A stretch of 64,000 bases of DNA, from NCBI RefSeq assembly GCF_009914755.1, contig NC_060926.1, one strand, 5' to 3'. Position numbers and translations under genes: made by a program. This stretch comes from the human T2T-CHM13v2.0 reference genome, Homo sapiens. The notes under the pieces are model-generated. The model worked only from the letters and a program-made list of their open reading frames with translations. It was not told the origin of the DNA and ran no database searches. Shown here piece after piece: positions 29,022 to 43,900 of the stretch (position 1 is its first letter; each line of letters starts with the position of its first letter).

Positions 29022-29385
29022 CGATGTGGTTTGGCTGTGTCCCCACCCAAATCTCATCTTGAATTGTAGCTTCTATCATCCCCGTGTGTCACGGGAGGGA
29101 CCTGGTGGGAGGTAACTGAATCATGGGGGTAGGTTTTCCCATGGTGTTCTCATGATAGTGAGTAAGTCTCATGAGATCTGATAGTTTTATAAAGGGCAGT
29201 TCCCCTGCACACACACTCTTGCTTGCCGCCATGTAAGACATGCCTTTGCTCCTCCTTTGCCTTCCACCATGATTGTGAGGCCTCCCCAGCCATGTGGAAC
29301 TGTGAGTTCATTAAACCTCTTTTTCTTTATAAATTACTCAGTCTCAGGTATGTCTTCATCAGCAGTGTGAGAACAGACTAATACA
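29022..29385 (+). mobile_element. THE1B-like MaLR solo LTR
   Basis: GATGTGGTTTGGCTGTGTCCCCACCCAAATCTC ... GACTAATACA; 364 bp; perfect 5-bp TSD GGCAC; TATAAA at ~29188, ATTAAA at 29310. Confidence 0.9.
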
Positions 29386-29871
29386 GGCACTAAGAGGTGC
29401 AAATTGTCAACTGACAAAAAGAAAGTGCATCAGATATACCATCAAATATTAGGTGTGATAAAAGATAAGTTTTATGGTTTTACTTTGCTAATAAGGTTCC
29501 CATTATAGCAAATGTAATGAAAGAGAAATAAGTGATGTGGCACTGAAAGCATGAAAGTCATTAAATGGACATGACTCATAGTTCTGCCGGCTTTGCTGCT
29601 TTCTGGAAATCATCCCTGATTAATCTCGTTTTGCTATGGTAAGGATTTGATGATTTGTTAAAGAGATCTTTGAATAGAAAGATCTTTGAATAAACAGGAC
29701 TGATACTAAACTCTCTGGTCTACTTCTACATAAAGATTACATATGATTTGTCTCACTGGGATAAGAGTTAAGGTCAAGGACACATGCACACACCAGTGAT
29801 GCTCCACTGATAATGACTGGGTGTTGGAATTTACCTTACACAGGTGAAGTCCTACAGAATCATGGACTTGA

Positions 29872-30146
<275 letters not shown>

Positions 30147-31464
30147 TTTTTAAATAAAATGAGAGTTTCAGTAACTTGCTTGAGTCAGGGAGGTAGTAAT
30201 TGCAGTCTAGTAGTGGTAGGTCTCTTAACTCCTGCCTGGTCTGCTTGCTGTTTTCTCAAGTAATTGATGAATGCTAAACCATCCAAGATGATATAATCAT
30301 CTGAAGTTTTATCAATTTGATATTCATCTATGTTAGCAAATACCTCTTCTAATATGTAAATATTGTAGGGAGAAATACTACCCTAGCTGCTAAGGTTTCA
30401 ATGTGAGTTTGTTTAATAAGACTGTCTTTCACCTAACACCAGCTGAAATGAACATTGAGTGATGGAGGAAAAATAACTGTGGGTTAGTTCTCACAAGGAG
30501 GCAATAAGTCTTAGGAAATTGATGGGATGGGGAGAGAGCCCGAGGATGTCAAGAAGAGGGATATAAGAAATGGACATGTGAAGGCACTAAAGACTAATTT
30601 TGGTATTTGTGCTTTTTCTGAGGTTAGACTTGTAGTGCCATCTTTCCATGTCAAGGGTAACACACCTGTTTTACACTTACTGCATGCTGAAGAGAGGAAG
30701 GTGATTCCTGTAGTTTTGTGGTCATAGTTCATGTAACTTCCCGTCCCCCGCACCCCCCGTATAGTAGTTTGTTCTTACCAAGTTTTTCAAATGTTTTACA
30801 GTTGTTAGGCTACGGCTAAAAAATGTTTTGCACCTGAGTAGTGCATCAAAAATTAAACACCCCCATTCAGGACACCAAATGAAAGTAGAATCTTAATAGA
30901 AGCCTTACTATTTGCTCTCAGTAATGATCTTGTATTTTACAGCAGCATGTTTAGGATTACGGGAATGCTGGTTTTGCTTTTTCATGCAACAACACAGGAG
31001 CCATCTGCTGCAATGAAATTAGCAAAGTCAAATTGTGTGTTCTTTAGGGACTCATTTTAAAAACCATTAAAGACAGATTGACAACACACTTCATACAATT
31101 TTATGAATCTTGTCATGCGTAGCCTGTTATTTAGAGTAACCTGAATTCAAATGCATCTCCTTTTAGGTCTGTAAAACTCATACGGATTTTAATCCTGCTA
31201 TTACTACTGAAAACCTATTAAAATGGCTTGATCATTAGAATTTCTTAGTGGTGTGCTATGGGAATTTGGATATAAAGGCCCATGTTTTACAGAATAAACT
31301 TTACTGTAGTTACATAATACCTTACAGCTATAGGGTTTACTAAGTACTATGTGGAGATGCCAAATTTTTTTTTTAAAGAATTACTGAAATTGTGGTAGAA
31401 ACTTTATGTTCTTCTTTTGAGCTGAAAAGGAGTTGGGTTCTGGCAGGGTTCCTGCTACTGTCAT

Positions 31465-31712
31465 TAGAGTTAGGAGGAGGAATAAGTGCTGGTGTTCAGT
31501 TGCACAGTCGGGTGACTATGGTTAACAATAGTGTATATTTCAAAATAGCTAGAATAGAGGATTTTGAATGTTCTTACCACAAAGAAATGATAACTATAGG
31601 AGGTGATGGATATGCTAAATGCCCTGATTTCATTTATATAATATATGCATGTATTGAAGTATCACATGATACCCCATAAATACACATGATTATTATATGT
31701 CAAAACAACAAA
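31465..31712 (+). mobile_element. L1M 3' end fragment
   Basis: GGGTGACTATGGTTAACAATA...TCAAAATAGCTAGAATAGAGGATTTTGAATGTTC. Confidence 0.75.
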
Positions 31713-34228
31713 ACCAAATGACAGATGAAGAAAACATGGCACAAATGGGAAGAGCCAAGAGGGCTGGATGTGAGTGGGGACAAGAACCACTGCTGAGCAC
31801 GAGGGCAGGGAGGCATAGACATACCTGCCCCCACACCCAGCCCCACCTCACCTGGGGGCTGCCAAGGTGTAAGAGGGGGCGCCTGTGCTTTCACATAGTG
31901 CATGATCTCCCTGAGGAGCTGTGAGGAAGGGAGGTGATTGTCCTCCTTTTATGTCTGCAGACATTGAGGTACCAATGGGTCAGATAACTCAAGGGGAGTC
32001 AGAACTCAGACTCTAACTGGTGGAAAGAGAATCCAGCCTTTTAACTACTGAGTAGAGCATACTCTTTTTAAAAAGTTTATTCCTGCTAGTCTGAATTGCT
32101 ATAATCCTGAGGTACAACATATTAACAAACTGGTCATTGCTCACAAATTGCCAGCTTCCCAGTGGAACAGTTGTGAACTTTCGATGGGCCTTATAGACAT
32201 AGGATATAAATAATTATGCTAGATTACGGTTTAATTAGCATAGCTTCTGCAAACTTTAATTGTGCCCGTTCATATTCTGGGTGGAACTTTCTATCATGGT
32301 TAATAACTTTATTAAAATCCATAGCGTCTGTATGAATTGTAGCCATGTGCCTGGAGCAATATTCGAGTGGACCATAGTCCAGATTAATACCATGCTGATA
32401 CCCATGGGTTACACCAAGTTAAATGAAACATCTTCAGGTCATCGCATCTCAGTGTGGAGTTGTTTATTTACTTATCCATGTATACAAGCTTTTAAGACTT
32501 GACTATTATTTACATGAAAGTTGATACCAATAAGGACGATTAGAGAGATCAACAAATCAATCTCAGTGGTAGAAAGGCACAACCTGAAAATGTAATGGAT
32601 TTGTCGTTCTTAAAAGTGGAAAGAAGTAATATTTTCCCCATGAATAACAATAAAGAGATGGCTATTTAACCAGATAGCTTACTCCCAGCTTAATTGGTTA
32701 CTGATGTTACAAATCTAAAATGGAGGTGTTTTTCTCAGTTATTGACAACTCCTCTGTCAGTATCCTTTAGGAAGAGTGTTTCTCAAAGTGATATTCTCGA
32801 GCCCCTTCAGATGGTCTGTGAGTTAAATAATGTGTATATGATTAGGCTACTTTTGTGCCTGGCATGAACCAGAATTTTACCGATACATTTATTTAGAGAT
32901 GAGTTCATTGATGTTTCATCTTCATGCATCTCTGATGAAAATATTTTTGGCAGTTAAGCAGATAAGGAAGGTAGCCTCTAGCCATCAGTGCTTTTACAGT
33001 TGTACACTCTAACTCCAGGGAAAGGCAACTGCCTTCAGAGAAAGGAAGAGTTGTCTGGTGTTGGCTTTTAACATAATGGCTTTCCCACGCTGAAAGTGAT
33101 GCTTTTGACGCAGGTGAAACTGAGAAGGTCAGAAAAAGGTATGTATATATATACTTTTTATAATATACACACACATAGTCCTTTTGTTTGGTAATGTTTA
33201 GTAACTAGCAAGTAATAAGAGAATTGCTTTCCTCTTGAATGCTTTGGTGTAGCTACCAACAGGAAAGAAAGTGGGCGTGAGGCTAGAGGAGAAGCAGAAA
33301 GAGGATGAAATGAGGACTTACTGATAAAGCATTCTAAGCATTACACACATAAGTATGTGTGTAAAATTAAACAGATTCCCAATGCGTTTTCATGGAAGTA
33401 AAATTCATCTGTGAAAACCAAGTTCAGAACTCCCACTCTAACATGTCAATGTCAACCTCAACTCTCCAAGGGTTCCACAATTCCTTTCCTCATCGCCTCC
33501 TAGGGAAAAAATTCTTTGTTTTAATCTGCCTTTGACAGCTATACAAATTATGCGATGTGTATTTCAGCACATTTATGTTCCCAGTGTACTTGGATCACAT
33601 GAGGAAGGGAGAGAAAACGCAGGTTAACGGTGAAAGGAAAGAGACTGGATCAGTGCCTCTCCTTAGGACCACCAGCGGCCTGTTCCTCCCGGGGCCCTGT
33701 CCATCTCTACAGGTACAAACTTGAGTTTGGTAGTTCATTCCATGACTGAAACGAATAGAAGGTTTTGGCCTAAAATGTATTGACGCTTATGCCCACAAAT
33801 GGATATGTTTCCATGCTTCCATGTATCACTGCTGCTTAAAATTTTTGCTTTTAAATGATCAAAATTTAATTAGTGGAAATTTTTTAAATAAGTAGTTTAA
33901 ATCTTGAGTTTTAAATCCAGTAGGAAACCTCACACTCAGTTTTTCACTTCTAGTAGGAGGATTTTCTTAAGGCATGAGGTATATTTAATAGGATGTTTGA
34001 ATCTCTGGATCTGTATTGGTGCTTTATCCTACTCAAAGCACTTGGAATGTATGCATTTCATTGAGATGAGTATATACACACTTCTGCTATACTACTGGAA
34101 CTACTCACGACATTTTTTACAATTGGTGATGAATCAGCACAATTAAAAGCATCTAACCGTCACCTAAAGTGACATTTCAGTTGTCTATGATTTTTTCTTT
34201 TTCAAGTAAAGAATGTCTTTCCCCATGC

Positions 34229-34678
34229 TTAGTCATTACAAATAACTCCTTTATTTCCGTTCCCTCTCCCCTCAAATGGCTCATGTCCACATCAACAAGG
34301 CAAGGAAACATCTATGACCCCAACTATGAAACATAGAAGCAGCTAATTCTGACTACATTGAAGCAGAGCACACACAATTTAAAAGAAGCATAAGGAAGTA
34401 TACAACAAACATGCATAAAAACCTTATGCAACCACATCTGGGCCTTGTATTTATCACTCATTTTTATGATATTTTCTTCTTTCGAAAGAATAGGATGAAC
34501 CCATGCTCAAAACCTTTCTAAAGCATTTTCAAAATACAGCTTTTTTGGTGGTACTTCAAAATAGGTTGGCACAAAACAAAACGTGACATTTGGTCTCTGG
34601 TTTGTGAAGGAGCCATTGCCTCTCTCTCCTCCACGGTCTTAGGGATCCCAAGGAAGAGAAGTGAGTGTGCGACCGAGC
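34229..34678 (-). other. ALK: ALK 3'UTR
   Basis: Lies between the stop codon (34679-34681) and the AATAAA-directed cleavage site. Confidence 0.85.
34250..34255 (-). terminator. ALK polyadenylation signal AATAAA (cleavage ~34229)
   Basis: TTTATT on + strand, ~425 nt past the ALK stop; reads AATAAAGGAGTTATTTGTAATGACTAA on the - strand. Confidence 0.85.
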
Positions 34679-35392
<714 letters not shown>

Positions 35393-35954
35393 TTATTAAA
35401 ACTTTGAATCAGAGACAAAAAATGTTGGATCTAGAAGATACCTTAGAGATGATGTTATCTAAACATATTCTACAGATGAGGAAACCAGGATTTATTGAGA
35501 ATATAGTAACTTACAGGCACTGGGGCATACAAAATGAATGGGAAGTCATCCTTATCCTCAAAGACCTTAGAGGATAAGCGCTATAATGGAAGTGTGTATG
35601 GGTGCCTGGGACAGAGTGGAGCAGGAAAAGCTTTGCAGAGGAGGAGACCTTTGGCCAGTTTTTAAAGATTAGTGGATTTAAAAAAAAAATTAAGATTATT
35701 ATTTGTATTATTCCAGTCTAGTTCCACTAAAATCGTTCCAACTGGAAAAAATAAAAATAAAAGCCTATGTGTTTGACTTCAAGAGTGATGGTGGGGGGCT
35801 GGGGGGAGGAGGAGAGGAGACACATGCCATGTTGGCCTACAGGGTTTATTTTTTGATCTCTTCCCAGCTGCTTTCCATTTCCATTTGGGTACTTTACACT
35901 TGATTGTAAGTTTTCCTGTGCCACATCATCACATGTGCAGGTACCACAGTGCAT

Positions 35955-36253
35955 GTTTTTGTGTTTGTTTTTTAGAGACAGTCTTGCTCAGTCGCCCAGG
36001 CTGGGGTGCCATGGCTCAATCTTGGCTCACTGCAACCTCTGCCTAGTGGGTTCAAGCCATTCTCGTGCCTCAGCCTCCTGAGTAGCTGGGATTACAGGCA
36101 TGCACCCCACCCCCCCACCCCCCCACCCCCGCTAATTTTTGTGTTTTTAGTAGAGACAAGGTTTCATTCAACATGTTGGCCAGGCTGGTGTCGAACTCCT
36201 GACCTCAGGTGAGGCACCTGCCTCGGCCTCCCAGAGTGCTGGGATTACAGGCA
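35955..36253 (-). mobile_element. AluS with an internal C-rich expansion
   Basis: Alu dimer in which CACCAC is expanded to CCCCACCCCCCCACCCCCCCACCCCC (36105-36130). Confidence 0.88.
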
Positions 36254-36924
36254 TTCTTTAACTAGTCTGGATGTGAGGGACCCTTTGCACAACCCAGGAA
36301 ATGCTGAAGTGCTGTGAGGAAAACCATTTACAAAAACAACTGTGTGCTAGATCATTTTCACAGTAATAGACTGTAACATAGAAGAACAGAAGCAGCTGCC
36401 AGAAGTTTAGGGAAAATTTGTGGAAGAAAAATTAAATTTGGAGAAATTAATTAATATTTTATGCAAATTGAGAAAATACCCTCATTACCTGAGTAACAGA
36501 AAAACACGAGTGTTCGAGTTTAAAAAATAACTACCTCTGACTCATTAAAACATTCTTTAGTTCCCTCTGTGTTTTAGTAATTTCTATAGTGAATCAATCA
36601 TTTTAAATATGCTTGTGTAAAACTGCCTTTTAAGAGGGATATTATAGACTATTGAGAAAAATACTCCTAAGAAGGTATATATGTTTAAGTGGGTGTATTC
36701 CATTCAGATTACAACAAAATAACCTAATGTCATTAAACAGAGTTCTCTGAAAGAACCTTCAATAACGTGATATAGGAAGTCTATAGATAAAAATGCCAGT
36801 TCACTCACGTGAGCTGAAAGGAATAAGAGGATGGAGTAGTGAGGCTGGAAAATGACTACAGTTTGAAAAATGTGTCTGTCTTTAGTCACAATGAAGAGGA
36901 GGGGATTTAAAGAAATAGTAGGTA

Positions 36925-37207
36925 GGCCAGGTGTGGCAGCACTTTGGGAGGCCGAGGCGGGTGGATCACTTGAGGTCAGGAGTTCGAGATCAGCCTGCCA
37001 AAATGGTGAAACACCATCTCTACTAAAATTACAAAAAAAATTAGCTGGATATGGTGGCACATGCCTGTAATCCTGGTCACTCAGGAGGCTGAGGGAGGAG
37101 AATCGCTTGAACCCGGGAGGTGGAGGCTGCAGTGAGCCAAGATGGCGCCACTGTGCTCCAGCCCGGGCAGTAGAGCGAGACTGCTCCCAAAATTAAATTA
37201 AATAAAT
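36925..37207 (+). mobile_element. AluS/J
   Basis: GGCCAGGTGTGG...GCACTTTGGGAGGCCGAGG...CCAGCCCGGGC; small 5' deletion. Confidence 0.88.
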
Positions 37208-38185
37208 AGTGGTTTATTGACTCTTCTAAAATATTCTCAGAATTAGATATCCTGGCAGAACGAGAACCAAGAGAGAGGGAAAGAAAGTGAATACAGGGAA
37301 GAGGAGAGCATCGGACAGAACAAAGCCCTGAGCAGGCGATTGGTGATACTGGCAGCAAGGCTGGCCTTGAAGGGGAGGAGAGACGGGAAGGCAGGTGGTG
37401 AGAAATGGCGGCAGAGGCAGAGAAGTTTGTATCAGAGACAGGGAGGAAATGAGGGCATTCTCTTATGATGATCTCCACCCTCTTGGTGAGGGAGGAAGCA
37501 TAGCTGTCGGCTGAAAATGAGGGAGAGAAGCAAAAATTTCGAGTCGTTATTGAAGGAATGGGAGAGGGATCTGTAGAGGAACCCACAGGATTGCTAGAAG
37601 AATGTTTGACTTGGACAGACTCTTCAGGCCTTAACTCCTCATCTATAAGGTAGGGATATTTTACATTCCCCACTAAGGATAAAACGAAATACGCAAAAAG
37701 TGATTTGTGCAGTATGAATGATAGCAAGTATTATTGATGATGTTAAAATTTCTCCAGATTACTTTGAAATTTCATTCCCTTAATCCTCCTGACATATATA
37801 GTTGGACATATAATCTATCAATTTTATATGCAATTAATTATTTCACATGTTGTTATTTCTCCAGCCAGGCTCTAAACTATTTGAGAGCAGATGTGTTCCA
37901 TACGTCTGTGAAGCTTCAATTTTGGCTACTAAAACATTAGGTCCCCAGTAGGGACTTGATAAATTCTCGTGGACTGGATTGATTCCCCAGTTTTTACTGT
38001 GCGTCTGGCACTGTGCTGTGTGCTGGTGAAGTTACTAATATTTATTTTACAAAATGGGCAAATGGAGACACCAGTCATTTCATTTTAGAGAAAATTAATT
38101 TTCACTATTTTGATCATAAATCTTGTACTCTGACTGGCTTGACCTATTTCATATTTCGGTATTTGCCATCTTTAAGACTTTTTCA

Positions 38186-38332
<147 letters not shown>

Positions 38333-38382
38333 TTAATTAAAATAAGGAGAAGCACAATGATGAAAAATATATTTTCTTCCAG

Positions 38383-38461
38383 CCCCAGGGTTGCAACGAA
38401 TACGTTGAGGGTGCGAACTCGTCTAGGCCCCGTGTACTTGGCCTATGCTGCCCCCTGCTGA
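38383..38461 (+). CDS. Candidate alternative CLIP4 terminal coding exon inside ALK intron 27 (SPRVATNTLRVRTRLGPVYLAYAAPC*)
   Basis: TTTTCTTCCAG| acceptor at 38382; in frame with internal donor TAG|GTATGT at 23152/23153; locally CpG-rich. Splicing is inferred, not shown. Confidence 0.5.
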
Positions 38462-38962
38462 TTGGTCAAGGAAGAGTGCGCAGGTGTAAAGGTATCTAAC
38501 ACAGACATCCTGATGTTTATGTTAACCACGGCTGCTGTCACTCCATTCCTGAGTTAAAGCCACTTTGGGGACAGAATATTCCAATTATATTTCCCATCCA
38601 CGTTGCTTGTGGGAAGGAAGTGAGGGGTGCCAGGCAGGGCAGGAGACATTGCAGGGAATGGAAATCTTTAAAGTAGACACAGACATACGGTGTAGGGCAG
38701 CAGGGACTGGGCCTGGGACACACATTCCCAGCAGGAGCTTGGGGAATGTAGGCCTGGTGAGTCCACAGCCTGTAGCCAGACAATGGATACTTTTTCTGGG
38801 ATGGCATCCTTGCTTTTGAGGGCCTGGGAGACGCATCCATCTCACTGAAGTCGCAGTCACATTCGCATCTTGGGGCATATTAAAGGGAGGGCAGCCATCT
38901 GCCCCTTCATCTTAAAGAAGCATATGTGGCTCTGGATATTTTTTGAAAAGAAAAACTGCTTA

Positions 38963-39217
<255 letters not shown>

Positions 39218-39644
39218 TCAACCTTTTTTTCCCCCATTATACCCTTTTCCATAACATAGAACTCTTAAAATGTAGAAAAATTTAAAAAATAAGAAAATAC
39301 TACACATGATGCTCCCTTAAAAGACAACCCCTGTTGATTTTTAAGTCGTTTCTGTGCTGAGATTTTTTTTCACTTATTTGCAGTTATATTCAATATGCAA
39401 TTTTGAACCTTGACTTTTCTGCACATTTCATTATATCATAAACATTTTCCATGCCAGTCCATTTCATAAATAACATTTGGAATGGCTAATGGCTGTAAAA
39501 CATTCCATTGAGTAGTTGGTTTGCCTTATCATTTCCACATTGTTTTCAGTTTTCAAAATATTTAAAATACTATAATGAACATCTTTGTGCATTTTTTAAA
39601 AGGAAGATTTCCTTAAGATAAAGTCTCTGAATTACTAGATTAGG

Positions 39645-39947
39645 ATGTCCAGCCAGCTGATTTCATAGTCTCTTACAGTTCTCTGAGCTTCAGTTTCATC
39701 TATCAGATGCCCACTCATCAACTTCACTGGCCTATTTTAATAGGCAACTCAAATTTAACATGCCCAAATGGAACTCTTTCTGTACACACATCATCTCCTT
39801 TATTCTTTTCCAACTCATCAGCACCTCTGGTTATACATTTGCTCAAGCCCAAAACCTAGGAGTCATCCTTGATTCCATTCTCCCACACCCCTCCACTTCC
39901 CATCCAACAGTCAGCAGTCCTATAACTTTCAAGATAGATCTTGAATC
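39645..39947. repeat. Copy 1 of a ~300-bp dispersed direct duplication (L2-derived)
   Basis: Colinear with 42711-43034 at roughly 85-90% identity by eye. Confidence 0.9.
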
Positions 39948-40376
39948 CAGATAGGATAATCTAGTAATTCAGGGTAATTACTGAATTAAAATGTAGGCTA
40001 ATTCTAGTAAAATAACTAGATCAAAAGACTATGAATATTGACAAATTCTTGGTGCATATTATTTGGTTTCCAAATGTGTTACTCTGTTCATCTACCAGCA
40101 CCATGTAAAAGCGTGGTAGACACACTCACCAGCATTGAGTATTCTTAATAATAATGACAACTTTTGCTGATTTTAAGGGAAAAAATGGTAGAATATTTTA
40201 AATTATGTTTATTGACTTGATAATTCACATGGTTGGATGTTTTCCCAAGTGTTTATTAATTCATTTCACTTTTTTTTCCTATGAATTGCCCATTTTTATC
40301 TGCTGGGACAAATTGGTATCTATCAATCAATTTTCTTTTTGATTTGTAGGCACTCTTTATATGTCAGAGATGTTAA

Positions 40377-40709
<333 letters not shown>

Positions 40710-41521
40710 TAGTTGCTTTCTAATGCTACTTTTTAGCATACCAAAGAAAGATTTTTATTTTTAGATAGTCAAACCTATTTTTTTAATGTCATGATTTCCT
40801 TTATTTTATAGTTATACAATCTTCCCTTCACCAAAGATTAGATAAATATTTGCTATCTTCTTCTAGTTGTGTTTGTTTTTGCTCTCTTCTTAAATCTAGT
40901 TGGAATTTAATTTGGTGTCTAGTGTGAGGTAAGGACCTAAATTGATTTGCTTTTCAAATAACTACTCTTCCAACACTATGCATAAGATAATTTCCTCCTT
41001 ACCCATTGACTCACGATTAAAAACAGGTCTGTTTCTGGCTATATTTTCACTTCATCTATTTGTCTGCTTCTTGCATTGATACCATTCTATTTTACTTTCT
41101 GTGTATTTGTCTTAAATCTGAAAAGGCATTTTTCTCTATTTCTCTTTAAAAAATATTTGATTTCTCATTTGTTTTTTTAAAAGCTTTATGAGATGAATTC
41201 TTCGTGTTCTAAAAGAATCACCTTTGATATTTTGATTAAAACTTTAAACCACTACCTAATGATCAGCTTTTTGACAAAGACTATCTTTTAGTGTGATTGT
41301 AGTTTTCTGAGGTTAGCAAATATTACCACAAAAATTGTAGAGAACAATAGTTCCTTCATCTTCTAAGAAACATGGGGTGCTTTTATTGTCATCATCTGTG
41401 TGAAATTTCAAAGACTCTTGTGAGAAGGATTGGGCAAAGATATTTTCCCTATTTTTCAGGTGAGAAGGTTGAAGCACAGGTTATTATACAACTAATCCGA
41501 GACAGACTGGAATACATTATT

Positions 41522-41643
41522 AGATCTCTTGATTTTGCTACTTACAAATTGCCTGGCACATATATTATTCCTTTCTGTTTGGAGATCTCTTGATTTTGCT
41601 ACTTACAAATTGCCTGGCACATATATTATTCCTTTCTGTTTGG
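41522..41643. repeat. Perfect 61-bp tandem duplication
   Basis: AGATCTCTTGATTTTGCTACTTACAAATTGCCTGGCACATATATTATTCCTTTCTGTTTGG x2. Confidence 0.97.
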
Positions 41644-41877
41644 TGATCTTACTTCCCTTCAAGGCAAAACTAACTAGGCAAAATCAAATGAACAAGAAAC
41701 TGGCAGTAAGGCCTAAAGAATTATAGCTATATGTTTTCTGTTTTTCTAGATAGATATAGGTTATAGCATCCTTTGAGAGCACTAATAGAACTGCACATGA
41801 ATATTTATTTTCTTAGTTTAGAGTTCAAGGGAGCAAGAAGTAGTATTGGTCATAGAACTTTGACAATTTTGAATAAG

Positions 41878-42051
41878 TAGGATTTTCATATTTGCAAACA
41901 ATACCAGATACCTAGTTAAATTTGAGTTCCAGATAAGCAACACATAGTTTTTTTAGTATATGTATGCTCCAATATTTATACTAAAAAACTATTTGCTGTG
42001 CATCTGAAATTCAATTTCACTGACCATTTTGTATTTTATCTAGAAACCCTA
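41878..42051. mobile_element. MER53-like palindromic hAT MITE
   Basis: TAGG...CTAGTTAAATTTGAGTTCCAGATAAGCAAC...TTTTTAGTATA / TATACTAAAAA...ATCTGAAATTCAATTTCACTG...AACCCTA. Confidence 0.75.
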
Positions 42052-42165
42052 CAGATGAGGCAAATCTATATTTTGTATGCCAGATGGTTCTTTCATCACC
42101 TATAAGCCTGCCCTAAACAGGAGCGACAAAAGCCCAAAGCTTTGCACCAGAGCATTTAAAATCAA

Positions 42166-42406
42166 ATATACATACGTATATATGTATATATATACGTATA
42201 TACATACGTATATATGTATATATATACGTATATACATACGTATATATGTATATATATACGTATATACATACGTATATATGTATATATACGTATATATATA
42301 CGTATATATATGTATATACATGTATACATATATATGTGTGTATATACATATATACGTATATATATGTGTGTGTATATAGATACGTATATATATGTGTATA
42401 TATATA
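42166..42406. repeat. AT-rich alternating purine-pyrimidine VNTR (32-bp unit CATACGTATATATGTATATATATACGTATATA x~4, then degenerate)
   Basis: CATACG recurs at 42171, 42203, 42235 and 42267. Confidence 0.93.
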
Positions 42407-42710
42407 TTTTTAAACTTCACTTTCTTTTGGTATTAAACTTGCTCTGCCTGGAATGATTGATAGAAATAATAGCAAACATTATTGCTGATTAAACTGTTAA
42501 ACATTTGAATCGATGAAGATAATCTGATAAAAGATTTTAAAATATCAAGCTGTTCTGTATCAGCCTTTAAAAGCTACATTTTTCTCCTTAATCATAACCT
42601 GAAAGGAGGTTATGATTAAAGAAAAAAAAAAACATTGTGGAAGATGGTCTCCAGGTGTGATAGAGGTTATGCTCTTAGGAAAAATGGGAGCCAAAAATTA
42701 ATATCTTTAA

Positions 42711-43900
<1,190 letters not shown>

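Noticed and set aside
42077-42456. Tyr/Ile-rich ORFs on both strands; superficially array-like repeat
   Set aside because: Products of the TA/TACG VNTR. There are no unique spacers, so it is not a CRISPR array.
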